Positions 62,461-64,000 of a stretch of DNA of 64,000 bases are shown here, piece after piece. A model generated the notes under the pieces. The model saw nothing but the letters and a program-made list of their open reading frames with translations. It made no database searches and was not told the origin of the DNA. Location of the stretch: contig NC_133621.1 of NCBI RefSeq assembly GCF_048593235.1, positions 227,871,238 through 227,935,237 on the forward strand, written 5' to 3'. Position numbers and translations under genes: made by a program. This DNA comes from Sminthopsis crassicaudata (Eukaryota). Within the stretch, counting starts at the first letter, position 1; each line of letters opens with the position of its first letter.

Positions 62461-63541
62461 TTGCAATTTTCTGTTCTGGTCAGAAACTTTGAGCATCTTC
62501 CCTTCCCAGACTGATTCTTTTGAGAAAGCAAACTAATATCAATAATTACCTAGTCTTTAATCCCTGAATGGATGTTTCATTTAGACAAACTGAAATCTGG
62601 GAAAAGAATTTATCTTTAAAAAACCAATCCCTGACCCAGCATCTGGGGCCAAATGGGGCCACTGGCTCTGGAGGAGAGAATGTCAGGCTGATGACTTTGT
62701 ATCTCCCTGCTTCACTTAAATTCAATTCACTTTCAAGTCAAGACATTGTTCTCTTGATATCATTGGCTTTCTATAAAGAAGGACAAACAACAAACTTCAA
62801 AAACTGGTTACTGGCACATGCGTTATATTCACAATTTCTGTAATTGCCTAGAGCAGAAGTCCCAGTACTGATCACCAGTCCCTGATATATATTATATACC
62901 CTCAGAATATATTCTCAATGCCTACTCCGGTATTAAGTGCTTAATACTTCTTGGTTAATAACTATTTGAGTTAAGAATGTTTAGCCTTACTTTAAATAGG
63001 CATTAGGTTATACGAAACTATAAGACTGTGTACTTTGGTGAGGAGGAAAAAAGTTAAATTGAGCTCAGTGATTTAAACTGACCTCTTTTGCCCAGAACCT
63101 TAGAGTCCATGCTCTTATTTCAGAGTAAATCAGAAGGAATGTATTTTTTAAATTTTAAAATTTAGGGACCTGCAGCTGAGCCCTCAGAGCTAGGACATTA
63201 TATTCACCCCTTCTCACTAAGTGGACATTTTGCTTGGGATCTCTGTGGTAGGATTTCCCAAATAGGCTAGGTTAGTTTTTCCTTAAAAGGAATTGAAACT
63301 CATCTCAAAACTTAATTGACTTGGGGAACAGAGGCTCTGGCCACTAGATGTAACTTTTTGATGGTCTAAGTACAAAGATCCCACATAAGAGGAATCAGCA
63401 GCTTTTCTTCAGCAGATGGTGGATATCCCTTAATTGCTGTGGCTGATCCAGCCATCTTTTGTTAACAGCTGGATATTCTATGTGAGCAACATTAGAGTCT
63501 CCAACATCAGGAGCCAGACTAGTGTGAAGCAGGACTGGCCC

Positions 63542-64000
63542 TGTTAGGATTCTTACAAGGTACTAAGTCAGTGGAATTGATAGAGACAATAATTATGCAA
63601 TTTAGCATGGTTCAGTATGATTGATCTGATCCTACAAGGAGATGTTATGAGCCAGAACTTGAAACAAGATACTGAGTGGATTTGAGGAGACAATGGTTAA
63701 ATCTAGTTTAGCATTGATTTAATCCTACAACAAATAATGGTTTTCTAGTGATATACTCAGTGATTGTGTATACTCAGTGTGGGGCATGTAAGCAAGAAGC
63801 TCTCAGGGCCAGACATACAAGCCCACACTCGGAGGTGGAGACAGATTCATTCCATTTTTCACCTTTGTGCTGGCTGGAGACATTTCGAGGAAGCTAGAGG
63901 CAAAAGCTGGAAGAGACAAAGGACTAGTGGCAAGAGCTCTTGGAACCAAGGAGAGAGATAGGCCTCTATTAAAGCTAACCAGGCCCCAGGAAAAGATTCA
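63542..64000 (+). mobile_element. LTR running off the window end, with an internal ~90-bp U3 duplication
   Basis: Starts TGTTAGGATTC. Two related units (caaggtactaag...gagacaat...tttagcat...atcctacaa) at ~63556 and ~63665. Resembles an abundant marsupial LTR from memory. Confidence 0.65.

Noticed and set aside
1-64000. CRISPR array, rRNA, tRNA genes or operon-like systems
   Set aside because: No regularly spaced repeat-spacer array. tRNA-like sequences are only SINE heads and PBSs. The DNA is an intron-containing mammalian locus.

Overview
Eukaryotic (marsupial) genomic DNA. CORE-SINEs of WSINE1/MAR1 type, marsupial-type L1 3' ends and strong CpG depletion point to a marsupial; a dasyurid is my inference only. 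The one protein-coding gene I can support is EIF4B, complete on the minus strand. It has 15 coding exons from ATG 43636 to TAA 8838, which I joined by hand into an intact 1827-nt frame (608 aa). Intron 11 needs a non-canonical GC donor. A CpG-island promoter lies at about 42.8-44.0 kb and the probable poly(A) signal at 6783-6788. Upstream (47.9-58.2 kb) is a nested, degenerate class I endogenous-retrovirus complex on the minus strand. An outer element (two ~470-bp LTRs, tRNA-Pro PBS) contains an inner provirus (two LTRs, tRNA-Ile PBS, RT/RNaseH/env remnants). Solo LTRs and SINEs have inserted into three of the four LTRs. The rest is L1, L2 and MIR-like DNA, one hAT MITE, microsatellites and a 144-N gap. 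The remaining ORF-track entries are exon read-throughs, ERV remnants or chance ORFs. I found no prokaryotic-type system (CRISPR, operon). Repeat family names and many repeat boundaries were judged by eye and are approximate.
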